DNA of 64,000 nt, taken from the NCBI RefSeq assembly GCF_003704095.1, contig NW_020846761.1:620001-684000 (forward strand). Direction: 5' to 3'. The number at the start of each line of letters is the position of its first letter. Position 1 is the stretch's first letter. The notes beneath the pieces were generated by a model, which was not told where the DNA came from, ran no database searches, and worked only from the letters and a program-made list of their open reading frames with translations. Positions 25,601 to 40,600 of the stretch are shown in pieces. Source of the stretch: Pocillopora damicornis (Eukaryota). A program made the position numbers and the translations under genes.

Positions 25601-28600
25601 ATCATGGGACAAAAGCTCACCAACCAAATGCAGTCAGAACCTTTCTTACCTGTGGTTGAATGCCACTTCACTCAAAAATCAAAAAGCTAGTGTATGTAAC
25701 CACACCTGCTGTAGCTCAAGTTGGTTAGCTTTTATTTATTCATATAAGTGGACTGCTGGTAGCTATAGAATGGATGTTGAGGTATTACATTTTTTGGTTG
25801 TCAGAAATCACTGGAAAGACTCGAAAAAGCTCAGCAGAGAAGTCAAAAAACTGTTGGTCAGAACAAACTTGAAAAAGATAAAACATCAGATGCTAGACAG
25901 CAAGGTAATGTGATAGATATCTCTATCACAATCATAATCAGTCAGTAATAAGCCCTCTCCTGTTTTGAAAATTTTCAAAGCCCCCCTTTCATACTGATTA
26001 ATGTGCCTCCCTCTCCTCTCCAATATTGGCACCATTCCTTTCCCCCCCAAAAAAGAAAGGCTGGCAGAAAAACTTACTTTGAAGGCTTCAGAGACAGATC
26101 ATTGGAGTTTTTACTGTTACACTGACAGGAATAAGTAACATGATAAAAGAAAGCTGTCTGTAAGAAAAGCTCAACAATCTTGAGAACCATAGAATTACTA
26201 TTAATGGGATTAGTGAAGAAAGGATGGTGATGCTGAAGGTTATTTTTTGATATTTTATAGGTAGTGATCTACATAACTCTTTTAAATCTGAAGTATTAAC
26301 ACAGGGAGACAAAGAAAAAACAGAGGTGGAAAAAGCAAAGTATGTAGTGTAATTTACTGTTGTAGAATCCCATGAATAACAATTGCTGATGATGAATCTT
26401 TAAATGTTCCAGTGGAAAATTAATCGTTGTATTTCCAACAACAATAATGTAGCAGTATATAAAGACATTTTTCATCTTCTTACACCAGTTTCCATTGTTT
26501 AAGTCAAACAGGTTCACTTGGAATGGAGAGCAGACATGCTGATGAACACAAAGTCCCGGACCGCCATCGTCGAGAGACTTCCCTACCAGCCACACATTCC
26601 AGTAATGACAGTAATAACAAAATGAATGACTCTTCTGAAAGATGGATTGTATTATTTAGAATAAGTTTTGTTCTCTAACTCAGAGTGTGTGAATTCATAA
26701 TAATCATCTTTTCTTCTTTTTGAGCTTGCCCTGTTTACTGCTTCCATTTGAGGTTACATCTGTATGCTGAATTGTATTTGTCTTTTAACAAAGAGACTAG
26801 AACTTCTTTAAACCTGAAGATGTTTTCTGGGATCTTAAAACTCTGCTTGAAAGTTTCTCCTTCTAATTATCAAAATCTCATAATTTGTTTGCCTGAAGTG
26901 ACAGAGGAAAACAGCCCCTTGTACTCTTACAGCTTCTGTTGAACAGAGGAATGTCAAATATGTAACTTTGCAATTAGGAAGATGGTGTCGGTTAACTGCC
27001 TAAAATATATTATTGTTAAAAAATATTAACCTTAAACCCCTAAGAGCAATTGGTGTCAATTAAATTCTTCTTACAGTATCAACCCTGGATCCCACATTAA
27101 GCACGCAAAAATTAAGGATTTGACCACCAATTGAAGAACCTCTTGTCAGCACCTTACGAATTGTGTAGAGAGGAGTATGGAAAATATTGATACTGACGTT
27201 TGGGTGTAAAGGTTTTTCTTCATCTTTTTCTTTTTCGTAAAGATGCTGATGAGGGGAAAGGACTCACAAGTAAGAATCAGGAACAGGACAATATTCAGTT
27301 AGGAAGAAGGGAAGACAGCAGAAGAACTGAAGACTCATTCAGTGAGAGTGAGCAGGTCCGCCATGATGTTCCTTTGAGGGACAGTGAGGAAGACACCGGG
27401 AACACAAATAGAAAACATGGAGTCCATGTTGTCTCTGCTACAGATAAATCTGTGAATGGATGGGAAAGTATCATCAAGGTAAACCAGTTTTCTACAAATA
27501 TACTAATAATGCATTATGAGTGGCAACTCTGTTATGATAACGTCCTGTATTTTTGTAACATTGAATTTCCGTGTAACTTTTGAATCTTTTGACAGGCCGA
27601 GCGAGATAGTCGAAGAGCCAATCAGGAAGGAAGAGAAGGCAATGAAGAAGGCATAGAGGAAGAAGGCGAGGAGGAAAATGTGAGAGAGAGAAATAGAAGA
27701 TCAGTTGATGATGCAGACACCTCCCGACTACAGAACAAGAATGAGCAGAATTATGTTCAGAAACAACCTGGCGAGGGAGAGGTGGCAAATGAACGCAGAG
27801 GCGTGGCTCAGCTGGGAGACAAAGATGGTGAGCAAAACGAACAGGGATACCAAGATGACGATACAAGGAGACGGCGTGCCCAGTATGGCGAGAAACAGAG
27901 CAACAAACGGGGTGAAGAAGAGGCACGGGAAGGAGATGGTCAGGACAATGAATTATCGCGAAAGAAAATAAATGAACAAGTGGCTGGAATGCAGGAAGAC
28001 TTTCACGAGGAACAAATTCAGCAACAAAATGAGGACTGGGAAGATCAACGACAACTAAAACAACAAATTCAACCACAGTTTGAAGGACTCTCTCTTGAAC
28101 GAAACAAGCATTATGAAGCAAGGGAGTTGCCAACACATATTGAGTTGACCGCCATCCCAGCCACCTCACACGACACAGCTCAGGACCATAGAGATCGGTC
28201 TGATGGTATGTACACTGTTATTTTTGCTTTCTTTTTTAGTGGTGCTTGAAACACTACATGATAAGGAGTCCCCGCATTTTTAGTGTTTCATTAGATACAA
28301 AATGTGTCTTTGAATTTGAGTTGATGTTACTTTGGAATACAGGAAGACCCGAATGTAAGACTGACTTTTTTTCAAATCAGCCCAAAATATTCCTACATTG
28401 TGCATGATTGATATTTTATATGGAGTTGTTAAGCTATTTAGTTCAATAAACAGGTTCCTCATTTTCCGAGAAAAAATGTTTGATTTTAGAAGAGTGTTAC
28501 TGCTGTCTCTTCTTTTCATCAAATATGATTATGTCGAAATATCGATGCTCATTCCAGGAGTGGCTGGACTAATTACCAGTCCTTTGCTGACATACCCCTA

Positions 28601-29205
28601 TAATTTGGTCAGTTTTCCTCAACAGTTTCCTGGTTCCTATATATATATAGATAGATACTCCTGGCATGGGTGGAGAGAGGTAGTACCTATTTATACTCCT
28701 GGCATAGATGGAGAGAGGCGATGTGAAAATTGTATCTTTTGTCTAAAACACATCACAATGGCACAGGCAGGACTCGTGCTTGGACCTGTTGCACTGTTCA
28801 TCGAGCGCTTCAATTGTGGTTTGTGGAGATGTATATTAGACGAGGAATTCTGAAGTAGCTTAAATTGCGGGTTATTTGTAAGCACAGTAAAGGAATGTTA
28901 CAGTTGTTAGTCAGTCTGAAAAGTATCTTGTTTCTATAGCTGAAAATGATGACGAAGATGCCAATACTGAACAAGACACAGAGGAAGATCCTGATGATGT
29001 TGAAGAAGTTCAAGAGAACGACAACATAGAATCATTCAAGCAACAACAACAACAACAACAACACCAACAACCACTGAAACAGGACACACAGCGGATTAAA
29101 CCAATCCAGGGTCAGCAAGGGTTACACCACAAGGAGAGGACCTTTAACAGAGCGTTAAAACATGCTGACGATAACAATAATAATGAACAAAGCCAACAGG
29201 CGTAG
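22660..29205 (+). CDS. GOLIM4: Golgi integral membrane protein 4 (GPP130) homolog, 13 exons
   Basis: Exons 22660-22834, 23378-23452, 23617-23666, 23769-23822, 24309-24459, 24901-24983, 25337-25420, 25805-25904, 26261-26339, 26489-26601, 27243-27478, 27596-28205, 28940-29205. The N-terminus MCYRRNKSIFQ + TM + QESFSSQLQVVYEHRARLERSLQKEK matches GOLIM4, followed by a coiled coil and an E/Q/D-rich lumenal tail. Middle low-complexity exons are less certain. Confidence 0.9.
27027..27215 (+). mobile_element. ~190-bp MITE relic (TTAACCCTT...AAGGGTTAA-type ends), copy A
   Basis: Aligns by eye along its length with the reverse complement of 56561-56768 (cccctaagagcaa, ttcttacagtatca, accaccaatt.aagaa, gggtgta.agg). 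Confidence 0.6.
28640..28815 (-). mobile_element. Degenerate SINE relic (CORE-like block) with internal duplication
   Basis: gtacctatttatactcctgg...ggagagaggc...tgtga resembles the antisense CORE-type SINE block. ATACTCCTGGCAT.G.TGGAGAGAGG occurs twice (about 28656 and 28693). Family assignment is from memory only. Confidence 0.4.
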
Positions 29206-31682
29206 TTAGATATTAATTTTTCCTGCCTGTGACCACACCTCTTAATAGGAATGTGGCAAATACTTTAGTAATGAGAGAAGGAAAAGGGGATGCGGTATCC
29301 TCTTCTCTCGTTCCCTTCTTTTTTGCTACCATCTTATGTGTCCTCGGTGTTCACTGATTGATTCTCCCAACCCCTTCTCTACAGTTTCTCTATCAAATGT
29401 ATTCTTGAATTTGGAATTCGAACATCAAAGTGAACGCGCGCTGTTCCTCATGGAGGAACATATCGCATGTCGTTTAAGTTTGGTGTTGTATATGACCGTT
29501 CGTCAAGTCACGCTCGTGTAGTGACGTTAATTCAGAAGCTCACCGAGCTTTTGCGAATATTTTGCTGAAAGTTGCTTAAAGTGTGTACAGCAGCCCAGAA
29601 ATTTGAAGAAGAGAATACTTTGCCTTATTTTATTGGTCGATTCGGTTCGCTTAGTTATGATCTGGGACAAATTAATTTATTTAGTAAATGGAGCATTAAG
29701 TTAAGATAACGAAGGGGGGTGAAGGTCAAAATATCGTTATGTGCGACTCTCTTCTCCGTAGAAAAGTAAAGAAAGTGTTGTATAAGTACTGCTGTATTGG
29801 CATCCGTTTAAAATTCATGCCACTGCAAAGCTTATTTATTGCTTTTTCCAATGTAGTTCGGCGGTTGATTCATATGTTTACAGATTTCACTGCTTACATA
29901 AAGTTCTAAGACCGCATTTAAGGGAGCTACTGAATGACATTCTAGTGTTTTTAGCTATCAAGTTCAGTACTATTGAGGAACCACAAGATGTTTTTCCGTC
30001 ATGACACCACCTCTACCTTATGTTATCAGTTGGGCTCCGTGCTTCTATTGCCATGAACTATCTCTTCAAGACGTTCTTGACATATCAGTTAGGTAAAGTG
30101 AAATAGGCCAAAAAAAGAAAAAGGATTAAAAAGAGAAGAATGGCAAAGAATGGAGAATATTAACGCAAAACTTTAGGATAAATTTTTCAAAAACGTTACG
30201 TGGCTCCTTTGTTTCTAATATGCTTTTAGATAGGAAAAAAAAAAGCCAACATATCTTTCACGCTCTGATCTAACAAAAAACTAACGCTTATTGTATTGGT
30301 AAACTCCAAGCTGTCTTGCAAGAGCATTAAGCCGCCCATTCTATCGGTTTACCGCCGTTTTAATTGAGAGTTTGGAAGATCGCTTAAGGGTTTGTAATTT
30401 AAGTAATGTAGGTTCATTCCCAGTATTTAAGTAGACGCGGTGAGGGTTACTGCACTGGTAAACCGATAGAACTGGGGTCTGTTGGATATCAATTCTCAAG
30501 GGGTTTCCATATTTTGTGCATTTTGTACGTGTAAATGAACAAGACTTCACAGTACACAACGTAGACGGTTAAAGAGGGAACAGTTTTCGATTCATATCAA
30601 AATTAATCATATGCTTTGTAGGTTTAAACCTCAGGAAAATCTGCAATACCGTGAATAATAAAGAGGGTTACCATTTTAATTGAAGGATTACCTAATTTAA
30701 AATTTTTCAATACACTCGAGAAAGGTAAAGCTTCACATGATATCTTCCTGTCTTCTCGGTTGCGATGTCTTTATTAACGTGCACATTGCAATTTCGAAAT
30801 CCGCATATTAGTAGCGTTATTATCGTTCAAGATTTATTGTATGCCTGTGCGTTACAAATCATTTTAACGTTAAAATCTCGTGATTTGAAATTTTGAATTT
30901 CCTCTACCTTGATATACCAGTCTAATTGTTTATTTTCACTACTTCGGCATGAGCCATTAGAAAAGTGATGGGGAGGGGTGGGGCGAGAGCAAACACATAC
31001 GAAACACATTTCCTACTACATGTAAGCTGTTAAAAGGAAAAGTATGCTCACGACTGCCACACAGAAAAACTGCCCAGCTGATCCCTCTGGATCCTAATGC
31101 ACAAATTTCTCCAATCATCAGCAGCACAATTTGAGCAGCAATGGTATTAAAGATTCAGAACTCGTATCGTACAAAATATGTTACAGAAACAAACACCAGG
31201 GACGTGCATAGTCGATTTACGGAGGGGTTTTACACAACAAATTAAGACACACGGACGGTTCTAAATATTGGACTTTTCTATAGCTGGTGCATTTATTGTT
31301 ATTATTATTATTATCGTAATTGTTATTATTTCCAATAACACTACTACTTTGGAAGGTACACCTCAGTGTTAGCTTTACTTTACCTCTTATCGTTTCGTTG
31401 GTTTTCCTGTTTGGTCGAAATTATTGGCCTTATGTCACCCTTGTACTTCGAGGTTCTTATTCCAGGGCCAATCTTTTTGCCTAAAACTCGCGTGATGCGC
31501 CTGCGATTTCGTATATTTAACATTTTAGAATTTGGGCTTAAGCGTTGAGCGTGTGGTAAGGTGAAGCTAAGCCAGATTAATAATCACCAGAGCACTGTTA
31601 TTAATATTACTTAGTAGTTATTTAGCAGAATATGGATAGTGTCTTTCTTAATTGTTGATCATTTTCATTCCTAATCATTTGG

Positions 31683-34600
31683 TCATAAATCTCGAATTTG
31701 ATCTTCAAGAAGTTTTCTGTACTGATCGAATCCACCATCTTGTCTGATGATAGAGCCATTGGAGCATAACCAGACTTCTTTACATACATTTCTAACAAGT
31801 CTCTCGTCATGGGTAACCATTATTACCCCGCCCTGCAAAGAGGTGAAAATGTGTTTATAAATTTGGCAACAACAAGCGCAAAAACTTGTTAGAGTAGTAC
31901 TGAGGCTTTCAAAAAGGAATGTTTATGACTTTCACTAATAAAGAAATCCCAACATGAAAGAGTTTGAAAGGTTACAAGCTTAACGACAACGATTACATGA
32001 ACAGACAACTGTGAGAAAAAAAAAGAGAAAGGTACCTTATAATTGTTCAGAGCAACTCCAAGAGCCTCTATAGTCTCCACATCTAAGTGATTTGTGGGTT
32101 CGTCCAGAATGAGAAAGTGTGGTCTGTAAATCAAAAGAACAACACTAAAATGAAGACTCGGGAGAGGATCATTTAACAGGTTTCAAGAAACAGTATTATG
32201 CAGCGTAGCCTTCATTCGGTCATCGTAACACAATCCCCTGAGCTTTGCGTGGAGAACAAACAACATGAAAAGCTGTACCTTTCAATGGTGAACGATAACC
32301 TATATGTATATACTTCGGTTTCAAAAGTTATCTAAACAGTTCTTTGAAATACTACAACAACTGATAAGTTAATTTGGTATCATCACCTGAGTTGATAATG
32401 TAAATTGGAAACTGTTAAGTTCCAAAACTGACGTTTCGAGATTTAACCCTTCGTTTCGCTCCTTGTTATACTCTCCCGCCGACGCAGCACCACAGTTTGT
32501 TTAGAAACTTACCCCCTTTACATAGAAAATGATATACCTCGATCCAAATATATCATATTCTACTATCTTGACCCCCAAAGGGGTTACCACAGAACTAAGG
32601 TCTTTGTCTAGATTATTCAGTAGTATTGGAATCGTTTACTCATTTCGTGATCATTTAGGAAGCACAACTGTACTCATTTGCCTATCCCTCGACATCAGTT
32701 GGGTAAACAACTAGCTTTATTCTAACCTTGTAATATTTTCCTATCCCTCAACATTAGTTGGGTAAACAACTAGCTTTAATCTAACCTTGTTATATTTGCC
32801 TACACCTCGACATCAGTCGGGTAAACAACTAGCTTTAATCTAACCTTGTAATATTTATTTTATTTTCCTATCTCTCAACATCAGTCGGGTAAACAACTAG
32901 CTTAAATCTAGCCTTGTAATATTTGCCTATCCCTAAACATCAGTTGGGTAAGCAACTAGCTTTAATTTAACCTTGTAATATTTGCCTATACCTCGACATC
33001 AGTTGGGTAAACAACGAGCTTTAGTATACCGTTGTAATGCTCATTATGGACGTACGCACACGCCTACTCTGTGCACAGTTTACAGAAACAAAGGTCACAC
33101 ATTATGCTTCACCACATATCTGCCCTGACGATATCTTAAGGACATGCGTACCTTATCATACTCATAAGAGCCATGACTACCCTGCTCTTCTGACCACCTG
33201 ATAAACTCCTCACAGGTCTGATAGCCAAGTCACCAATGACTCCATATCGACCCAGCTGACGGCGGTACTCTTCCTCATGCTGACCTGTGTGATGTAATCC
33301 AGTACATTCGACTTATTCGTGACCTTTTCACAACGAACAAACCCAACAGAACGACCCAACAATTAAGACGGATCAACACTGACTTATCATGACCGACTTA
33401 AGCCAATAACATAACGGGAAACCCTGACAAATAAGTTTACACGAACTGGACTAAGTACACTCGACTGACCACTACTCGTCGCTCAACTCTGATGACGACT
33501 TCCACTATAGTTGAGGAAAAGTCAGTCACTACTACCGACAACAGTCCTTGTCAGGGCTTCTCTCACACGGATGATCGGACAACACGATGAAATGAAAAAA
33601 TGAAAGTACAGGTTAACTCCTATTTTCTTCTGTACCTGGAAATTTAGAGGCAAGCAAAGCCAGTGGAGTAAGTTCTGAACCAAGTTGATCAACGTGATGT
33701 TGACTGAAATAACCAATCTTTAAATTCCTATGAAACAAAAATACCCAACAGTCAGGATCCGTTCCAAAACATAAATGTTTTTATGTTCCAGTGAAACTTA
33801 AATCACGGGGGACGAAGTTTTGAACTAAGAACTTTCCGGAGATATTTCTAGCAACTCTTTTACAAAATACCTTGACAGTCCTCCGAAATAACATGCCATT
33901 CTTACCCTTAAAAAATTTCTTTGTTCTCAAATAAAATAAGTGTTATTTTACCGAGTGGCACGCTAGTTATGACTTCAAACAACACGTTCGTTAATTTTAA
34001 AAAAATTAGTCTTCACTAAATATTTTAGACTGTCATTAGCAGTTCTCCATCCTCCCTCCTTTGTTTTATTCTTTTCCATTCATTGTTAATCTAACGAATT
34101 AAATCAATTATTTTGACGTCCCCCTTAAATCGAAGTTTTTTCCACCCCAGAAAACTATGAAAAGAAAAACGCGACGTTAGATCACATCTTCACCTGTGAG
34201 CAAATTTGAGTCCAGACACTGGCTCCAGGTCTCCTCGTAGTAATTTCAAAAACGTCGTTTTCCCTTGGCCATTTTCACCGACCTGCATGATAATGGAAGA
34301 AGCAGTGGAATTGAAAAAAAAAGAGTCAGTCTACATAGCGCAGTTTTTATCTCAAGGAAACTAGATGATAAGTTGGTCAGAATATTGGTTCTCTTCTAGT
34401 TAACGAGAAGCAAGCGGCGTAGGATACTCTTAGAAATTCTAGTAGAAAATAGCTTGTTAAATGCTCCAGCAAAGTGTCTATGTGATTCAGGAAGGGTCAA
34501 CTTACCAAAGCTATTCTCGACTCTTGATTTGCAGAAAGGCTCACTTTATTGAGAACCACTTTTCCTTTTTCGTAATAGAAAGTCACCTGAAGGAAACGAA

Positions 34601-37600
34601 ACAGTGAAATTTCTCGTTACGCTTCAAGCTGATTACATAATGAGACGGTAACAAGAAAAAGATTAAATGATCACTGGGGCCGGAGAATGTTTTTTTTTTT
34701 TGCCACGCTTTTTTTTTTTCTAATAAGACTTGATTTTGTAGAGAGCGGTCAAAAAAAATATAGCGAAATCAAGGAGAAAGTCTAACTCTACAGAAGGTCT
34801 GAATTTTGATGTGGACAATTCAAGACTTTTGGCACTCTTATAATGATTTCCAGTGCAAGATGCGAGTTTCTCCCTAGTAGCACTAAGGGTTCCCTCTCTC
34901 CTACAGCAACCACATCGCAACACAGCACGCAATATAAGGTATGAACAACATAAAAATACACCTTATTTGTAGTGTAGACAACATATCGAAATCAACAATT
35001 ATATTGTATTGATGGAAAACAGACAGCTTAACGATACCTCATCCAGTTGCAGTAGCGGAGGGGAGAGTTTTTCACACTCGGGAAATCTGAAGCAAAAACG
35101 TAATGCATCAAAACAACTGGAAAACCTAATATCAAAAAGAGCCTATCAGTATGTTCCTTAACGTTGGTCTCAAAAAAATTGTTTTGATTTCCCAAACAGG
35201 AATGAGTGAAGGAATGGATGCCGATCAAGTAGAAGCCATGAATCAGAGACCACAAGGCATTCGCTGGGAAAAAGAAAAAAAATAAGCTTACTGTAAGCTA
35301 ACAGTAATTTTTGGACTTACTTGAGTACCACGGGTGGGTCGACTACAACTGGTTGCAGATCAGGTCTAAAAGGACATAAATAAATAGCAACAGTTACTAT
35401 AATATGACCTCTTAAACAAAAGTACCAGTCGAATTAGACACTCGACGTGTTTTCGAGCATCATCTAACCTGTGCCTTACTGGAAGCTCGTTGTACCTAAT
35501 AGAAACGTAATCAGACTTTGCAGTCCCAACTCAAAAAAAACTTATAAAAGAGCTTGATCACTGGACTTACAGCTTCTCCAGAGCCTTCAGTCTGCTCTGT
35601 GCGAGAGATGCTCTTTTAGCGTTATATCTCCATCTGTCAACAAAGGCCTGGAAAAAAAATCCAGAAAAGATCAAGCATCAGTTGCTGGCGGAGACGACAA
35701 AGGGTCCTAACTTACTGCCCGCCCTACTTTGCACCTCATCTCTACTGACTGGACGCCTAAAACAGCCCTATAATGGCCTGATTCTTGAGGTAAAGTAAAC
35801 AGTGTTCCAATCGTATTAGCTTTAGAAGGTCTCCAAACACGTTTTACCAGCCACATAAGGTCCTTTTTCAAAGATTCTATGTGCCCTCCTGGTATATCAA
35901 GCCAAAACGACGTAAAAGCTGTTCTTTAACTAACCTGAAGATGTTGTCTGTGCATTTGCTGTGCTTCGTACTCTCGCTGCTGATTGGTTAGTTTTTCAGT
36001 CATGGTTTTGACAAAATTCTGAGAAATTTAACAAAGAAAAAATGATGAGCTCGCATGTACGACAAATATGATTTATTTTTTGTATAATTTTTTTTTCTTA
36101 TCGAAACACTGAGTGAGTGCTGCTAAGTGATAATGGTGGAGAAAGTATAACCATTAAATTTAATATTGCACCGTCTACATAGTTACACCGTGGCAAACAA
36201 ACAAACAAACGAAAACAAGGCATAAACTCGCTGATAGAGAAAAATGTTGTATACCTCATAGTTTCCTCTATACGACTCCAGTCTCTGGGAGTGCATGTGA
36301 ATTATGTCGGTAACGACAGCGTCAAGGAAAGTACGGTCATGGGATACCACGAGGAGAGTGCATGGCCAGTTCTACCGACAAAATACAGTCACGTGTTATA
36401 TTGGTCTTGGGATTCGTGTATTAGTAAGAGTATCATACCGCAGACCATCCACTGCAAGGGAACTTATTAGACTTCGAAAAGAGTACCCTGGTGTCTCATA
36501 AATAGAGAAGCACCCTGAGTGAAACTTTGGAACCAAATATAAGTATAAAGCAATTTAAAGAAAAGAGTTCCACTTCTAATCATTCAGGGCCAAAGTCTAT
36601 GTCCCTTGAATGTAGCTTCTAATTAATTACACTGTCTTACACCCTGTAAAGTTATGAATGAAGGGTTTTCTTCTCACCAGAAGGTATTTTTCCAGCCATA
36701 GAACGGCCTTTAAATCCAACATATTCGTAGGTTCTACACAAAGTTAAAAAAAAAAACAGTAGCCATAGCAGATAATATGAATAGTTATTAACTACTTCTT
36801 CTCAACAAGGCAGTTGTTCATCCATAACAAGTAGCAACACTGAAAAACAAAACCACATCTGTCAAAGCAGCCCTAAAAAGAGCTGTTTTTGGCGACATCA
36901 GCGGCCGTTTAGAAAAGGTTAAGAGAAGTCCTTATCAGACTGGAGTCGATTGAGAAGTTGCTTGTTCGTTTTTATGGACCATACTTAACGTATAGGTCAA
37001 ATAATAGAACACTTATGCAAACACCAAACAAAAGCAGTATTTTTCATTAAACACGTGCTGAAAAATGCATACCGTCACACGCATTTACGCACATTTTTGG
37101 TTTTGGTTTTTGTTGCTCTCCTGACTTAGCCTTTCCCAAAGTGTTTCGCAAAACAAATAACACTCTACAAATTTAAACTAAAACGCTCCTTAAAGGACGT
37201 TGAAGGGAATTATGAGGATTGCAACATTGCATTTTGTGAGAGCAAAACATGGATTCTTTGACATTAGCAAAAATTAAACTCTTTACCCATGTAACAATGA
37301 AATTCTTACCGTCAAGGAGTAACAGATCTGGCCTGCAAACAAATGGCACATATATCAAATGAAGCCATGACAACAAACGTAAACATATGCTTACTGCCCA
37401 GGGACTCACAACTGTTTTCATCTGAGAAAAACACATCATATTGGACTGGACTCGTTTACAATTCTAAAATATGATTTTCTGGTAAGTTAAGTCAAGAGTT
37501 GGTTTGACTGAAGAGCTGCATAGTTGAATGAAACTAACCTAAGTTAAACCTTTGAGAAATCTTCGGCTTTATGACAAATTTTAATTCTAAACAGTTTCTC

Positions 37601-40600
37601 CTTATTTTATTGTAACGAGTTTTTGCTGAAAAAGTTTCATTCTTGAGCTGTCACTAATATCTTGAGCACAGAACTATAATACATTGAGCTATAGAGTCAT
37701 TGTCATAAAATTAAGTTGGAGAGAGAGTTTAATATAAAAATTGAGTAATTTTCTTACCTACTAAATAGTGTTCTCGCAAGAGCAAGCCTCATTCTCCAAC
37801 CACCTGACAGTTCTCTAAAACAAATGAAAACTTTTCATTATGTAAACACAAAACTAATTGAGTGAGCATTCACTCTTCATCAGCTGTGCTGTTCAGTTGA
37901 TTATTATTCAAAAATCTCTGATTTCTCTGTTGGCTTCTTGTAGTCCTAAAATACTGTACACAGAACTAATTCTGAGCATTAATTACTCAGCCATGAATTC
38001 AGTCTAATGCTAAAGCAAATGCATAATCATTTTATTAAAAGTAGAGTAGAATGATGTTGTGTATACTGTACTTCGTTTGCTGATTCTGCATTTTTGTTGA
38101 AAAACCCAGTCCGGCCAGTATTGATGAAGCTCTGTAAGTGCAATCAATTAGTATTAAAGTTGAGTTACCAAGATGTGCATAGTATCACAGACCAAAGGGT
38201 CACCAACAAAGTGGAAATGTTCAGAACCAAGGAGCTATGAGAAAATTTTCTTTGGTCACAACAAGAAAGGAAAAGGGAAGACTTTTCCTAAAGCTTTACA
38301 CTGCATATTAAAAAAATTTAAATACTGACCTTGCAGGAGCCTTGTCTGCCTCTATTTCCTGCATCCTTGCATAAACCTACAGAAAAAAAAATAAAGTGAT
38401 ATACTGGTATTATAAATAGATATATGATATGCTCTTCATGATATGAAACTTTGTGTAATCAAACTCAATGAGGGAATTTATTGCACTTGATAATTACTTT
38501 CAACCTCTTGGTTCTCTATTGGTCCATGGTAAATTTGAATGCAACAACTTGGCAACAATTCTCCCAATTTCCACTCAATTTCAGGGTAGAAAATCAAATA
38601 AACTTTTAATTTGTAACTTTGTAACTGATCATTAGCTACACACCAGAAAAAAGAAAATTATACAAGATAGCTGCTGTATATTATACACCATACGAAAATG
38701 AAAACATCAAAATGTGAGTACCTGTGCTAATCTGCTACTAGTGCTGTCAGATGTGTCAGACTTAGGACTGCAAAGAAATGCAACAATAAATGTGTTGGTC
38801 AAAAGCGTTTTGAAATCAATCAAAACACTTTGTGCCTTCCATACCCTGACAGTGCAAGAAGTTTCCTCTCTTCCTGTAACAGGTTTTCTCTTTCTGTATC
38901 ACACTCCAAAACACTCTGTAGAACTTGTGTTTCATCACCTTTTACCTGTAGTTAAATAGTTACAAACTTCAAATCCTTTAGAAAAAAACTAATTTTCATA
39001 ATGCAGTTGGTTCATTTGAATAACTGAACTCTTTCAAAAGTCTTACTAACCTCTTGTTGTACACACAAAATAGAAATGTGAGAGGGAACAAACAACTCAC
39101 GCCTGTGCGCAAAAAGACATCAACAATGTTAGTTGTAATCATTTAGTTTTGATACCAACATACAGTCTCTGCAGAAACCCAAAAAACTCTTGCTATTGTC
39201 CATTTAAAATCATGAAATAAAGGTTCAGTTTGTAAAGAGCACAATAGTTTACTTTTAACTTCCAAATCGAAAAGAACATGTGACTAATCAACAACCATAC
39301 AAATCTGTTATAATTGTAAATTGATTGGAAAGAAACTTAATCACAGAATGAGAATTTCTTGGCAATTAAAGTTAATAATGGAAATTAATGTAATCTAAAA
39401 AGTTAAGTAATGAAGAAGTAAACTTCTAATTTCTTATTAACTAATTAAAAATGGGTTTCCTATGGCAAAGGCCTTGATTGAGGTGTAGGCTTAATACAGG
39501 TTAATTGAGAGGAAAACTGTGACATGACCCTGTGATCTTTTAGTGCAAGGTATCTTCTTAATATGGGTTGTGCTATCTATAAGTTTAAGTGCATCTCTAA
39601 ACAATCAAAGTCTGCCTAATGTAAGAAAAACCATTCCTAATGGATCATATCAACAAACTTCTCATAAGCATATAAATAATTATAAAATGTACCTAGAGAG
39701 CATTGTAATCAGTGTTGTTTTTCCAATTCCATTCCTACCCACCAAACCATATCTCCTGCCAAAAATTAGGGACAAATCTGCCTCTTTCAGTAACACCCTA
39801 AGGATTTTCAAAGAATGAGCTAAGAATGAGCTATATATCTAGTAGGTATTAAATAAACCAACCTTGCACATGAGAAAGGTTTTGCTAATAGTTAAAGGGG
39901 GTCTTTGTTACAGCAATAGCATCCCAACAATGACAAATTTCATTTCAGGCTTTCTTTTTACAGCTGCACACTCTAGTATTTTTACATAACATAAATGCAA
40001 TGATCTCTCTCAGTGAGATTTTTTTGATTGGCAGTTCAAATATCCGAAAATATCTAGAACACATTATTTAATAATGCAAATAAACAAACACTGAGAGAAT
40101 AGTTACAAAAATTAATTCTGAAGCTACCAGTAACATGATTGTCAATGTCAGCAGCAACTATTACACAAAACTAAGCAACATTTTAAGATCTAGTAAGTGG
40201 TGTTCCCTACCCTGTGCCCTCACTCCTACCAACCAAACCCTTGCCCCAACATGAAAGGATATTAGTACAGACAAAAAAGAGTAACTGTGTACTAAAATAA
40301 ATTGCTTAGTAATTAGCAATTATTTACCACTTACCTTTCAGCATAGGAAAGATCAAAGTTCTCTATTCTGATATCACAACTTTTATTACTACCACTGGCT
40401 TCTAATTTGTTTTCCCTTTTGTTTGAACTCTGGCTAGCTGATGCATTGTCTATTTGTCTACAGACAAAAAAAAGTATTTAGCTTCAATTGATCTTTCTCT
40501 TTCTATTAGCATTTAAATTCTTGTAACCATGCTGTAAATCAAAATCAGTTTCCATATCTCATCCTGTTAATCATTTTTTGCTTGCATTAAATACATTTAC

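Noticed and set aside
27492-28169. 225-aa minus-strand ORF
   Set aside because: It is the antisense shadow of the purine-rich GOLIM4 exon 12 and has no recognisable domain.
28398-28853. 151-aa plus-strand ORF in a GOLIM4 intron
   Set aside because: It starts at TTG, crosses a SINE-like relic and a TA run, and shows no protein motif.
30340-31220. Several short minus-strand ORFs between GOLIM4 and ABCF3
   Set aside because: They could not be joined into a stop-free spliced model, and no homology was recognised.
32676-33038. CRISPR-like appearance of the tandem array
   Set aside because: There are no unique spacers or cas genes and it lies in a eukaryotic intron, so it is a minisatellite.
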